Source: an uncultured Actinomycetes bacterium
GTDB lineage: Bacteria; Actinomycetota; Thermoleophilia; Gaiellales; Gaiellaceae
NCBI GenBank assembly: GCA_963790695.1
Contig: CAWBPX010000013.1
Location: forward strand, 130,121 to 194,120
Direction: 5' to 3'
DNA length: 64,000 nt
Shown: piece after piece, positions 8,716-18,667 of the stretch
Layout: each line of letters starts with the position of its first letter
Position numbering within the stretch: the stretch's first letter is position 1
Translations under genes and position numbers: made by a program
The notes under the pieces: generated by a model
Seen by the model: only the letters and a program-made list of their open reading frames with translations
What the model was told of the DNA's origin: nothing
The model's database searches: none

Positions 8716-9656
8716 ACTCGACGGTTCTGCCTCTCTACCTGACAGAGCGCGAGATCGAGAAGCTGCTCACGCCTGCTGACGCCGTGCGGGCGGTCGAGGC
8801 GAGCTTCGAGCGCCTCGCTCGCGGGGAGGTGGCGAACCGGCCGCGGACGCGCACGCCCGCAGGTGAGGGCGGGATGGCCGTCATGTGGGCCGTCGACGAG
8901 GAGCTCGGCTTCGCCGGCCTCAAGTCGTACGTCTTCCAGGCGGGCGGGACGCCCTTCGTGGTCGTGCTCTTCGACCTCGCGAAGGCTCAGCTCGCCGCTG
9001 TGATCGAGGCCGACAAGCTCGGCCAGCTGCGGACCGGCGCGGCCAGCGGTGTGGCCGCGAAGTACCTGGCCAAGCCGGACGCGAGAACGCTCGGCGTGAT
9101 CGGCTGCGGCTGGCAGGCCGAGAGCCAGGTCGCGTGCATCCGCGAGGCGCTGCCGGGGATCGAAGAGGTCGTCGCCTACTGCCGCACCGAGGAGAAGCTC
9201 GCCGCGTTCTGCAAGAAGCTCGACGCCGAGCCCGGGGAGAGCCACCGCGACCCGGCCGAGCAGGACATCGTCGTCACGGCCACCACCTCGAAGGACCCGG
9301 TGCTCCGCGGCGAGTGGCTGGCCCCGGGAGCTCTCGTCTGCGCGGTCGGAGCCAACCGGCCGGGCGCCCGCGAGCTGGACAACGTCGTCCTCGAGCGGGC
9401 GGTCTTCGTCTGCTGCGACTCGATCGAGCAGGCGAAGCTCGAATCGGGAGACCTGACCGAGCCCGTCGAGCGCGGCGTCCTGGACTGGCTCGAGGTGCAC
9501 GAGCTGCAGGAGGTCGTCGCCGGAGAGCTCGCGGGCCGCGGGTCTCCGGACGACATCGTCGTCTTCAAGTCGAACGGCCTGGCCGCGTGGGACGTGGCGA
9601 TCGGAGCGACCGCGCTCGAGCTGGCGCGCAAGCAGAAGGTGGGGACGAAGGTCTAG
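8658..9656 (+). CDS. Ornithine cyclodeaminase / mu-crystallin family protein
   Basis: ORF 8658..9656. Has [13 protein letters not shown] (NAD-binding) and family-typical layout. The GTG at 8658 overlaps the upstream gene by 58 nt. Homologs usually start near [12 protein letters not shown], where only a CTG (8727) is available. Start is uncertain. Confidence 0.75.
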   Translation: MGRPRVGRSDQLHPEVRVVDSTVLPLYLTEREIEKLLTPADAVRAVEASFERLARGEVANRPRTRTPAGEGGMAVMWAVDEELGFAGLKSYVFQAGGTPFVVVLFDLAKAQLAAVIEADKLGQLRTGAASGVAAKYLAKPDARTLGVIGCGWQAESQVACIREALPGIEEVVAYCRTEEKLAAFCKKLDAEPGESHRDPAEQDIVVTATTSKDPVLRGEWLAPGALVCAVGANRPGARELDNVVLERAVFVCCDSIEQAKLESGDLTEPVERGVLDWLEVHELQEVVAGELAGRGSPDDIVVFKSNGLAAWDVAIGATALELARKQKVGTKV

Positions 9657-9898
9657 ACGGGCTCGGCGCGCTTCGCGACGTCGTCGCCGAGAGCGCGGAT
9701 CAGCTCGGGCCGCTCGAGCACGCGGTCGATCTCGTTCGGCGTGACGCGGTTCTTGACGTAGGGGTCGTCGAGGATCTCGGAGAGCGACCGCCCGCGCTCG
9801 TGCTCGCGGATCAGGTAGGCGGCGACCCGGTCTTCCTGGCTCGAGGTCGTGAACAGAAACGAAAACGGGTTGCGAAAAAGAGCCGCCAGCCTGCTCAT
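9653..9898 (-). CDS. Small hypothetical protein (81 aa)
   Basis: Complete ORF with coding-like composition. It shares a palindromic CTAG stop overlap with the convergent gene. TACAAT lies 7 nt upstream of its ATG. Confidence 0.55.
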   Translation of the reverse strand: MSRLAALFRNPFSFLFTTSSQEDRVAAYLIREHERGRSLSEILDDPYVKNRVTPNEIDRVLERPELIRALGDDVAKRAEPV

Positions 9899-9905
9899 CG
9901 GGGCG

Positions 9906-9915
9906 ATTGTATCCT
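9906..9915. promoter_or_regulatory. Overlapping -10 boxes for divergent leaderless genes (TACAAT on -, TATCCT on +)
   Basis: ATTGTATCCT. The minus-strand TACAAT ends 7 nt before ATG 9898, and the plus-strand TATCCT ends 6 nt before ATG 9922. Confidence 0.5.
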
Positions 9916-9921
9916 GGCCAC

Positions 9922-10266
9922 ATGCGCAAGCAGTCGACCGCGTCGCGCTTTGCAGAACGTGAGCTCCACGGGTTCGACGACGCGGGGAGCGAGGAGCGCA
10001 TCGTCGTCTGGATCGAGCGCATGCAGGGCGGGACGTGGGCCGTCGGGCGAGCCGTGAACCCGCAGTACCGGCCGAGCGACGAGCCGCGCCGCGACGACTA
10101 CGTCTTCGAGGGGCACGAGCTCGAGGACGTGCTCGAGCAGGCGAACGGGATCCTCGACGACGACGCGCGCGTCTCGGAGGACGACGGGCGTCCGGAGCAC
10201 ATCCGGCCCTTCACACGCAAGGAGCTCCTCGGCCCGCTCGAGCGCTGGTTCTTCGGTCACAGGTAG
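9922..10266 (+). CDS. Hypothetical acidic protein
   Basis: ORF 9907..10266. ATG 9922 is preferred over TTG 9907. No family recognised. Confidence 0.5.
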   Translation: MRKQSTASRFAERELHGFDDAGSEERIVVWIERMQGGTWAVGRAVNPQYRPSDEPRRDDYVFEGHELEDVLEQANGILDDDARVSEDDGRPEHIRPFTRKELLGPLERWFFGHR

Positions 10267-10278
10267 GCTCGCGCCGCT

Positions 10279-11106
10279 TTGTTGATTCGCCTCGGCCATA
10301 GCCCCGACCCCGACGACGCGTTCATGTTCTGGGGCCTCGCCTCGGGCGAGGTCGACCCGCGCGGGTTCGAGTTCGAGCACGTGCTGAAGGACATCCAGAC
10401 GCTGAACGAGTGGGCGCTCGAGGGCCGGCTCGAGGTGACCGCGATCTCGCTCCACGCGTACCCGCACGTGCAGGACAAGTACGTCCTGCTTCCGCACGGG
10501 GCGAGCATGGGCTCCGGCTACGGGCCGATCGTCGTCGCGCGCGAGGAGCTGAGCGAGGACGACCTGCGCCGGGTCGAGATCGCCGTGCCCGGGCGGATGA
10601 CGACGGCGTTCCTGACGCTGAAGCTGAAGCTCGGGGACTACTCGTTCCGGGAGGTTCCGTTCGACGAGATCATGGACGAGGTCTCGTCGGGGAAGGCGGA
10701 CGCGGGGCTGCTCATCCACGAGGGCCAGCTCACGTACGCCACCGCCGGGCTGAAGAAGATCGTCGATCTCGGCGAGTGGTGGCTCGGCGAGACCGGCCTG
10801 CCGTTGCCGCTCGGCGCGAACGTCGCGCGGCGCGACCTCGGGCAGGACGTGCTCCGAGAGCTCTCCGACGTGCTCGCCCAGTCGATCCGCGCCGGGCTCG
10901 AGAACCGCGAGCGCGCGCTCGAGTACGCGCTCCAGTTCGGGCGGGGCCTCGACGACGAGCTGGCCGACCGGTTCGTGGGGATGTACGTGAACGAGCTGAC
11001 CGAGGACTACGGCGAAGACGGCCGTCGCGCGGTCCGCGAGCTGCTTCGGCGCGGCGAGGAGATCGGGGCGTTCACCGAACCAGTTCGCGTCGAGTTCGTC
11101 TCATAG
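10279..11106 (+). CDS. mqnD: 1,4-dihydroxy-6-naphthoate synthase-like protein (MqnD family, futalosine pathway)
   Basis: TTG start. IRLGHSPDPDDAFMFWGL...VTAISLHAYPHV...LLPHGASMGSGYGPIVVAR matches the MqnA/MqnD (VitK2_biosynth) fold, with the MqnD-type SPxPxD motif. Confidence 0.7.
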   Translation: MLIRLGHSPDPDDAFMFWGLASGEVDPRGFEFEHVLKDIQTLNEWALEGRLEVTAISLHAYPHVQDKYVLLPHGASMGSGYGPIVVAREELSEDDLRRVEIAVPGRMTTAFLTLKLKLGDYSFREVPFDEIMDEVSSGKADAGLLIHEGQLTYATAGLKKIVDLGEWWLGETGLPLPLGANVARRDLGQDVLRELSDVLAQSIRAGLENRERALEYALQFGRGLDDELADRFVGMYVNELTEDYGEDGRRAVRELLRRGEEIGAFTEPVRVEFVS

Positions 11107-11110
11107 AGAA

Positions 11111-12335
11111 ATGCTGACGTTGCTCGCGCTCCTCGCGGGCGCGGCTCCCGCACCTCACGCGACGCTCTCGGCTCCGCCGCGGCCGTTGATCTCCGGCCGC
11201 GCCTGGAACGCCACGCTCGTCGTCAAGCCCGCGCCGCGCACGCGTCCGAAGGTGGTCGCGCGACCTCCGTCGGGCCGGAGCCTCGTCTTCAGCACGAGGC
11301 GCGTGGGACGCGGGCGCTACAAGGTCCGGCTCGTCCTTCCGCGGGTCGGACGCTGGACCGTCTCCGCCCGCATCGGCGGTCGTCTCGAGTGCTTCGCAAG
11401 GTCACTGTCAGCGCCGTTGCCGCCGCCGACCTCGCCGCTGCCCGGAGGCACGGCCTACCGCGTGTGCGGAGGAGCCCGCGAGCCCTTCCTCCAGTACGGG
11501 CTGACGATCGGGTACGGCTCGGCCTGGGTCGCCTGCCGCGAGCAGCGTGCGGTGCAGCGCATCGATCTCGCTACGGGCCGCGTCCTGCGCCACGATCGAC
11601 GTGACCGAGCCGGTCGTGGGCGGTCACGGCCGGAGAAGGCTCCGTGTGGACGATCGCGCTTCGAGGCTCGGCCGTCCACCGCATCGATCCCGGGACGAAC
11701 AGAGTCACGGCGTCGATCCCGCTCGGTGGCGTCGTGCCGTACGCCTGGGCGGGAGGCGGCGCCTTGTGGGCGGCCGACGACGAGGGGCAGGCCATGATCC
11801 GGATCGATCCGGCTTCGGGCGCCCAGGTGGCTCGCGTGCCGGTCGGAAACGGCCCCGCCGGGTTCGCGTTCGACGGCTCCTTCGTCTGGATCCTCAATCA
11901 CCGCGAGAACACCCTCGACCGGATCGACCCGGTGACGAACAGGTCGTCCGCATGGCGACGATCCCCGGCGGCGAGCAGGTCGCGGCCGAGCGCATCGCCG
12001 TCTTCGACGGGCTGCTCTGGATCACCGGCCGCGGGCTCGATCTCCTGCGCGTCTCGCCGGCGAACGGATCCGTGGTCGGCTCGACCGAGATCGGCACCGG
12101 CGGAATCGACGTCGTCACCGACGGGACCAACCTGTGGGTCGTCGCCTACCGGCCCGAAGGCGATGCGCGCGGCGAGCCGCTCGTCGAGTCGGTGCACCGG
12201 ATCGACGCGGCGGGCGGAATCGCAGCCACCGTCTCGCCGACGCGCGCGCTCCACGCCGACGGGGTCGCGGCCGCGAACGGGCAGCTCTGGCTCTTCGACG
12301 CGGCCGCTGGGCTCGTCGTTCGGCTTCCGGCCTGA
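11111..12335 (+). pseudogene. Secreted beta-propeller repeat protein, three frameshifts
   Basis: Signal-like MLTLLALLAGAAPAPHA. Repeated xRIDPxTxxV units are spread over ORFs 11111, 11547 and 11644, then back to the 11547 frame. Shifts are near 11590, 11625 and 11945. Confidence 0.6.
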
Positions 12336-12365
12336 GGCGCCTGCCGTCGAATAACCTGGGCTCCG

Positions 12366-13539
12366 ATGTCGCGCGCGGTCGTGCTCTCCGCGGTCCGAAC
12401 TCCCGTCGGTCGGTACGGAGGCGCCCTCGCGGGCGAGCGGCCGGACGACCTCGCGGCGCTCGTGATCAAGGAGGCCGTCGAGCGCGCGGGCGTGGACGCG
12501 AACGAGATCGAGGACGTCTACTTCGGCGCCGCGAACCAGGCGGGCGAGGACAACCGCAACGTCGCGCGCATGGCAGCGCTGCTCGCCGGGCTGCCCGAGT
12601 CGGTCGCGGGCGTGACCGTCAACAGGCTCTGCGCCTCCGGGCTCTCCGCGGTCGTCTCCGCGTGCCATGCGGTCGCGGCCGGAGACGGCGACCTCTTCGT
12701 CGCGGGCGGCGTCGAGTCGATGAGCCGCGCCCCGCTCGTCATGGCCAAGCCCGACGCGGCCTGGCCGCGGGGGAACCAGACCGCCTGGGACACGACCCTC
12801 GGCTGGCGGTTCCCGAATCCGAAGATGGAGGCGATGTTCCCGCTCGAGTCGATGGGCGAGACGGGGGAGAACGTCGCCGAGCGGTACGAGGTGTCGCGCG
12901 AGGAGCAGGACGCGTTCGCGCTGCGGTCGCAGCAGCGCTGGCTGAAGGCCGCGGACGAAGGCCGCTTCGACGACGAGCTCGTCCCGGTCGGGGACTTCGC
13001 GCGCGACGAGCATCCGCGGCCGGAGACCGGCCCGGACAAGCTCGCCAACCTCAAGCCCGCGTTCCGCCAGGGCGGCACCGTGACGGCGGGCAACTCGAGC
13101 GGCATCAACGACGGCGCGGCGGCGCTCGTGATCGCGAGCGAGGAGCGCGCGCGAGGAGCTCGGGGCGGAGCCGCTCGGCGCGTTCGTCGGCAGCGCCGTC
13201 GCGGGAGTCGACCCGCGCGTGATGGGCATCGGCCCGGTGCCCGCGGTGCGCAAGCTCCTCGAGCGAGCCGGCGTCGGCGTGGACGACCTCGACCTCGTCG
13301 AGCTGAACGAGGCGTTCGCGTCCCAGAGCCTCGTCGTGATCCGCGAGCTCGGCCTCGACCCGGAGCGCGTGAACGTCAACGGCGGCGCGATCGCGATCGG
13401 TCACCCGCTGGGCATGAGCGGCGCCCGCCTCGTCACGACGCTCCTCCACGAGCTGAAGCGACGTGAGGGCCGCTACGGCCTGGCGACGCTCTGCGTGGGC
13501 GTCGGGCAGGGGCAGGCCGCCCTCTTCGAGCGCTCGTGA
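12366..13539 (+). pseudogene. Acetyl-CoA C-acetyl/acyltransferase (thiolase), one frameshift
   Basis: Active-site context NRLCASGL in ORF 12366. The C-terminal [17 protein letters not shown] and CVGVGQG are in ORF 13219. Shift near 13150. Confidence 0.85.
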
Positions 13540-14680
13540 GCGAGACAGCCGAGGAGTACCTCCGGCTCGCGCTCCGCCTCGGGAAGCATCTCGACAACCT
13601 CGTCGACTCCTACTACGGCCCGCCGGAGATCGCCGAGCAGGTGGAAGCCGAGGAGCCCCGCGATCCGGCGGCGCTGGCCGAGGACGCGGCGCGAATCCGC
13701 GAGGGCGCGGACAGCCCGTGGCTCGCGGCCCAGCTGACCGCGCTCGAGACGGCCGCGCGCAAGCTGGCCGGCGAGGAGATCTCCTACCAGGACGAGATCG
13801 AGCGCTACTACGGCATCCCGGCCGAGTGGGTCCCCGAGGAGCGGTTCGAGGAAGCGCACCGCAAGCTCGACGAAGCTCTCCCCGGAGACGGCTCGCTCGT
13901 CGAGCGCTACCAGGCCTGGCGCGAGGGCGACACTCCTGTCCGGCGAGCCGCTCGCCCGCGTCGTGGAGAGCCTCGCCGCGGAGGTCCGCCGCCGGACGGC
14001 CGAGCGCTTCGGGCTACCGCCGCGAGAGTCGGTCGACTGGGAGTTCGTGACCGATGAGCCCTGGGCTGCCTACAACCACTACCTCGGAGGCCTGCGGAGC
14101 AGGGTCGAGGTCAATACCGACACGCCGTTCAACCCCACGTTCCTGGTGCACGTCGTCGCGCACGAGACGTATCCGGGCCATCACACGGAGCACGCGTGGA
14201 AGGAGCAGCTCCTCGTCCGCGAGCAGGGCCGCATCGAGGAGACGCTCGCCCTGAACGGCGTCACCGCAGTCGCTGGTCGCGGAGGGAATCGCCGAGCTCG
14301 CCGTCGAGATGGCCCTCGGCGACGAGGAGTTCGCGGTGACCGCCGAGCACATGGCCGGAACCGGCACGACTTACGACCCGGACGTGTCCCGCGCGGTGAA
14401 GGAGGCGACGGAGGACCTCCACGTCGCGGGAAACGTCGCGTGGATGGTGCACGCGGACGGCCGGCCGCTCGACGAGGCCCGCGACTACCTGATGCGCTGG
14501 GCGCTGACGTCCGAGAAGCGAGCCGAGCAGTCGATGCGCTTCATCTCCGATCCTCTGTGGCGCTCGTACTCGGTCACGTACATCGAGGGCTACCGTCTCT
14601 GCAAGGCCTTCGTGGCAGGCGATCCCGAGCGCTTCAAGCGCCTCCTCACCGAGCAGCTCACGACCGCGGACCTCCGCTAG
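13536..14680 (+). pseudogene. DUF885-like putative metallopeptidase-fold protein, two frameshifts
   Basis: GTGA overlap with the thiolase stop. The sequence runs through ORF 13536, then the ORF 13963 frame (HVVAHETYPGHHTEH), then ORF 14309. Shifts near 13935 and 14265. Confidence 0.6.
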
Positions 14681-14691
14681 GGTCTCGCCCG

Positions 14692-16164
14692 ATGGCCGTC
14701 GCGACCGAGCGCGAGTACCTGCTCTTCATCAACGGAGAGCCGTCGGAGGCTTCCGGCGGCGAGCCGAAGGAGCTGTCGGAGCCGGCAACCGGAGAGCCGC
14801 TGGCGAAAGTGGCCATGGGCACCGAGGCCGATATCGACCGTGCCGTGGACGCCGCTCGCGCCGCGCTCGACGGCGACTGGGGCCGCACGCCTCCGACCGA
14901 GCGCTCGCGCCTGCTGCACGCGCTCGCGGACGCGCTCGTCGCCAACCGCAAGGAGCTCGCCGAGCTCGAGGTGCGCAACGTGGGCAAGGCGCTCTCGTCG
15001 GTCAAGGCGGAGCTCAACCAGGGCATCGAGAACTTCCGCTTCTACGCCTCAGCGATCGCCTCGATCGCCGGCCGCTCGAACCCGATCGGCGGCTCGCTCC
15101 TCTTCTACTCGCTGAAGGAGCCGGTCGGAGTCGCGGGCCAGATCGTCCCCTGGAACTACCCGCTGATGATGACGACCTGGAAGCTCGCGCCGGCCCTGGC
15201 CGCGGGCTGCTCGGTCGTCCTCAAGCCGGACTCGCAGACGCCTCTGAGCGCGCTCCGCATGGCCGAGCTCGCGACCGAGGTCGGCTTCCCGCCCGGCTCG
15301 ATCAACGTCGTCCCGGGGCCGGGCACGACCGTCGGCTCGTACCTCGTCAAGCATCCCGGCGTCGACAAGATCGCGTTCACCGGCTCGACCGAGACGGGGT
15401 CGCAGATCATGCGAGACGCCTCCGACGGCATCAAGCGCCTCACGCTCGAGCTCGGAGGCAAGAGCCCGAACATCGTCTTCGCCGACGCCGATTTCGCCGA
15501 CGCGATCCCCAGCTCCGCCTGGTCGATCTACTACTCGGCCGGCCAGAGCTGCGAGGCGCGCTCGCGGATCCTCGTCGAGCACTCCGCGTACGACGACTTC
15601 GTCGCGAAGTTCAGCGAGGCGGCGAACAGCCTCAAGCTCGGCGATCCGCTCGAGGCCGAGACGCAGATCGGCTCGCTCATCTCGCCCGAGCACCGCGACC
15701 GTGTGCACGGCTATGTCCAGACCGGGCGCGAGGAAGGCGCCGAGGTCGTCGCCGGCGGCGAGGCGCCCGACGGGAAGGGCGCGTTCTACCCGCCGACGGT
15801 GCTCGCGGGCGTCAACCAGGAGATGACCGTCGCCCAGGAGGAGATCTTCGGCCCGGTGGTCACGATCTCGCCGTTCGACGACGAGAAGGACGCGATCAGG
15901 CAGGCGAACGCGGTGCGCTACGGGCTGATGGCGACGGTCTGGACGGGCGACCCGTCCCGTGGGCATCGCATCGCGCGGCGGATCAAGGCGGGCACGGTCG
16001 GGATCAACATGCCGTACACCGCGTTCCCCGGGATCCCGTTCGGCGGGTACAAGCACTCCGGCTTCGGCCGTGAGCTCGGGATGGAGACGCTCGAGCTCTA
16101 CCTCGAGACGAAGAGCGTGATCGTCTCGACGAGCCCGAAGCCCTTCAATCCCTTCGGGCTATAG
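14692..16164 (+). CDS. NAD(P)-dependent aldehyde dehydrogenase
   Basis: ATG 14692 inside ORF 13963..16164. Motifs FTGSTETG, ELGGKSP and GQSCEARSR. 490 aa, intact. Confidence 0.9.
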   Translation: MAVATEREYLLFINGEPSEASGGEPKELSEPATGEPLAKVAMGTEADIDRAVDAARAALDGDWGRTPPTERSRLLHALADALVANRKELAELEVRNVGKALSSVKAELNQGIENFRFYASAIASIAGRSNPIGGSLLFYSLKEPVGVAGQIVPWNYPLMMTTWKLAPALAAGCSVVLKPDSQTPLSALRMAELATEVGFPPGSINVVPGPGTTVGSYLVKHPGVDKIAFTGSTETGSQIMRDASDGIKRLTLELGGKSPNIVFADADFADAIPSSAWSIYYSAGQSCEARSRILVEHSAYDDFVAKFSEAANSLKLGDPLEAETQIGSLISPEHRDRVHGYVQTGREEGAEVVAGGEAPDGKGAFYPPTVLAGVNQEMTVAQEEIFGPVVTISPFDDEKDAIRQANAVRYGLMATVWTGDPSRGHRIARRIKAGTVGINMPYTAFPGIPFGGYKHSGFGRELGMETLELYLETKSVIVSTSPKPFNPFGL

Positions 16165-16181
16165 ACCGCCGCTACCGATGG

Positions 16182-17597
16182 GTGGTGCTTGCGGCCGGGA
16201 CGACGGCGCAGGCGGCCTTCTCCGCGCTCCTGATCGGGCTGCCGGTGCTCGCGCCGGCGCTTCGGGACCGCTACGACCTGTCGCTGTCGCAGGTCGGGCT
16301 CGCGCTCTCGACCGTCTGGATCGGGCCGATCCTGACGCTGCTCCCGTGGGGGCTGCTCGCGGACCGGATCGGCGAGCGGCTCGTGCTCGCGAGCGGGCTC
16401 GCCGGCTGCGGAGTGCTCGCCGCTGCGGCGGGGTGGGCGGGCTCGTTCGAGCAGCTCGTCGTGCTGCTCACGCTCGCGGGGGCGCTGGGCGCGAGCGTCA
16501 ACGCGGCGAGCGGCCGGGCGGTGATGCAGTGGTTCTCGGTCTCCCAGCGCGGGCTCGCGCTCGGCGTGCGGCAGACGGCGATCCCGCTCGGCGGAGCGTT
16601 GGCCGCGCTCGCGCTGCCCGTCGTGAATCACGCCGGTGGGCTGAAGGCGTCCTTCGTGTTCCTGGGCGCGGTCTGCGTGGTCGCGGCCGTGATCGCGGTC
16701 GTCGCCGTGCGCGAGGCGACGCGCCCCGAGATCGAGCTCGAGGCCGAGGACGTCGAGTGGACGCTCCGGGACACGCGCCTCTGGCTCCTCTCCTTCGGCA
16801 GCGGGCTCTACCTCTTCGCGCAGATCGCCCTGACCTCGTTCTTCGTCCTCTTCCTGCACGACGAGCACGGCGTGAGCGCTGGAGCGGCGGCCGGCGCGCT
16901 CGCGGTCATGCAGGTCGGAGCCGTGATCACGCGGATCTCGGCGGGCCGGATCTCGGACGCGCTCCACGCTCGGATCAGGCCGCTGCGCTGGATCGGGCTC
17001 GCGAGCTGCGCCGGCGTTCTCCTCACAGCCGTGCTGACGAACGCCCCGGTCGCGGTCGTCATGCCCGTGATGATCGTCGCCGGCGCGATCTCGATGGCCT
17101 GGAACGGCCTCTCCGTGACGGCGGCCGCAGAGCTCGCGGGGCTGCGCCGCAGCGGAGCGGCGATCGGCTTTCAGCAGACGACGCTGTCCGTGACCGGCGT
17201 GATCGTCCCGGCGGCGTTCGCCTACGTGGTGGACACGACGTCGTGGGAGGCCGGGTTCGCCCTCGCCTCGGTCGGGCCGTTCGTCGGCTGGTACCTCCTC
17301 GGCCGCCTGCCGGAGCTTCAGCCACCTAGACCGGGAGCGCGGCTAGGCGTCGAGCTCGCGGCGGAGCACCGAGGCGACCGCCGTCAGCGCGAGCCGCGTC
17401 TCGTCGATCGTCGGCTCGCGGGTCGTCAGGCGCTGCAGCGCGAGGCCCGGGTACAGGAAAGCGCGCGCCATCGGCATCGTCGAGCCCTGGACGACGCGCC
17501 ACAGCTCCATCGTCAGGCCGAGCGAGAGCACGGCCAGCACGACGGGGGTCCAGAGCGCGGGCGCGAACGGCCACAGGCGGTCGGCGACGCAGCGTGA
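16182..17597 (+). CDS. MFS transporter; true stop probably lost near 17330
   Basis: About 12 hydrophobic segments end at ...VGWYLLGRLPE (about 17320). The remaining 270 nt are Arg-rich and antisense to the convergent DUF1385 gene. TAG triplets lie in the other frames at about 17327 and 17344. Confidence 0.65.
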   Translation: MVLAAGTTAQAAFSALLIGLPVLAPALRDRYDLSLSQVGLALSTVWIGPILTLLPWGLLADRIGERLVLASGLAGCGVLAAAAGWAGSFEQLVVLLTLAGALGASVNAASGRAVMQWFSVSQRGLALGVRQTAIPLGGALAALALPVVNHAGGLKASFVFLGAVCVVAAVIAVVAVREATRPEIELEAEDVEWTLRDTRLWLLSFGSGLYLFAQIALTSFFVLFLHDEHGVSAGAAAGALAVMQVGAVITRISAGRISDALHARIRPLRWIGLASCAGVLLTAVLTNAPVAVVMPVMIVAGAISMAWNGLSVTAAAELAGLRRSGAAIGFQQTTLSVTGVIVPAAFAYVVDTTSWEAGFALASVGPFVGWYLLGRLPELQPPRPGARLGVELAAEHRGDRRQREPRLVDRRLAGRQALQREARVQESARHRHRRALDDAPQLHRQAEREHGQHDGGPERGRERPQAVGDAA

Positions 17598-18129
17598 TCG
17601 GCAAGACGAGCGCGACGAAGTTCGTCCCGCAGCGCAGCGAGAAGCGCGACGGCTGGACCTCGTCCGCCCAGGTCGCGCCCAGCTTTCCCTCCTCGGCTGC
17701 GGCGATCGCGCGGTGCTCGGCGCCGTGCAGGTAGAGCGTCCGTCCGCGCATGATCCACGCGAGCAGCCCGACGCTCATCAGGATCCCGGCGACGAGCGAC
17801 ACGGTCCCGGAGAGGAAGACGAAGGCGATCGGCGCGAGGAAGACCGCGAGCAGCACGAGGCGCTCGCCCTGGCCCGCGACGCCGTCGCGCCGAAGGAGCG
17901 GCGACACGGACATCCCGAGCCGCGCCAGACCGCGTGCGAGCGGGATGCGCCGGAGGTAGGAAGGAAGCGTCGGCATCTCGCCCTCGAGGATCGATCCGTC
18001 GCGGTTCGCGAACGCGAAATAGCGCTCGCTCGCGATGACGACGCCGTCCGGCCGGGCCATTCCGCCGAGGGCCGGCAAAGGCGTCGAATCCGCCCGCTTG
18101 AAGAGCGCGGCGAGGCTAGCCCCCTGCAC
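17343..18129 (-). pseudogene. DUF1385 family membrane protein, one frameshift; start uncertain
   Basis: ORF 17326..18165 carries LYLHGAEHRAIAA and SRFSLRCGTNF. The C-terminus (LSLGLTMELWRVV...QRLTTREPT) is in ORF 17343..17540. Shift near 17590. TTG 18165 lies in a hairpin loop, so GTG 18129 or ATG 18060 is more likely. Confidence 0.65.
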
Positions 18130-18152
18130 CCTCCTAAGCTGCCTGAACGCAC

Positions 18153-18178
18153 GGCCGCCCGGCAAGGGCCGGGCGGCC
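18153..18178. terminator. 11-bp perfect GC-rich hairpin
   Basis: GGCCGCCCGGC-aagg-GCCGGGCGGCC, 30 nt downstream of the micro-ORF stop on the minus strand. No U-tract on that strand. Confidence 0.5.
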
Positions 18179-18207
18179 TATTAACGCGTGCTTAAGGTCC
18201 TAGTGGC

Positions 18208-18285
18208 CTACCAGCGTCCACGGCTGAAGAAGCCGAGAACGAGGAGGACGAGCACGACGATCAGGATGATCCAGAGAAGACTCAC
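18208..18285 (-). CDS. 25-aa hydrophobic micro-protein
   Basis: GTG preceded by GGGAGGTGA at 7-nt spacing. Translation VSLLWIILIVVLVLLVLGFFSRGRW then TAG, followed by the 18153-18178 hairpin. Not in the ORF track because of its size. Confidence 0.55.
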   Translation of the reverse strand: MSLLWIILIVVLVLLVLGFFSRGRW

Positions 18286-18388
18286 GCGCGGGTCACCTCC
18301 CTTGTAGTGGCTGGAGCATCTGATTCCACGCGCGCGCGCATCTCAAACAGAGCGATAGGCTCGCCGGGTCACCGACGGAGGAGGGGGA

Positions 18389-18667
18389 ATGGTCAGAGCG
18401 TTCGTCCTGTACGAGTCCGAGCCCGACGCGGCTCGCTACGAGCAGCACGCCGAGCTTTGCCGCAAGGTGCCCGGATCGACGTTCCGGCACGGGCGCGTCT
18501 TCGGTGCGCCGATGGGCGAGCCGAAGTTCAAGTACTACGCCGAGTGGGAGTTCGCGGACATGGACGCCTTCAAGGCGGCGGCCCGCACGGACGAGTTCAT
18601 GGCCACGGGCAAGGACGCGATGGAGATGGGCGTCCCCTTCCACGTCCACTTCGCCGACGTTGACTGA
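18389..18667 (+). CDS. EthD family reductase
   Basis: Complete ORF with SD GGAGGAGGGGG. FVLYESEPD...YEQHAELCRKVPG...EWEFADMDAF pattern of the EthD domain. Confidence 0.75.
   Translation: MVRAFVLYESEPDAARYEQHAELCRKVPGSTFRHGRVFGAPMGEPKFKYYAEWEFADMDAFKAAARTDEFMATGKDAMEMGVPFHVHFADVD

Noticed and set aside
18163-18165. TTG 18165 as the DUF1385 start codon (ORF-track start)
   Set aside because: The TTG lies in the loop of the 11-bp terminator hairpin of the upstream micro-gene and has no SD. A downstream start (18129, 18078 or 18060) is more plausible.
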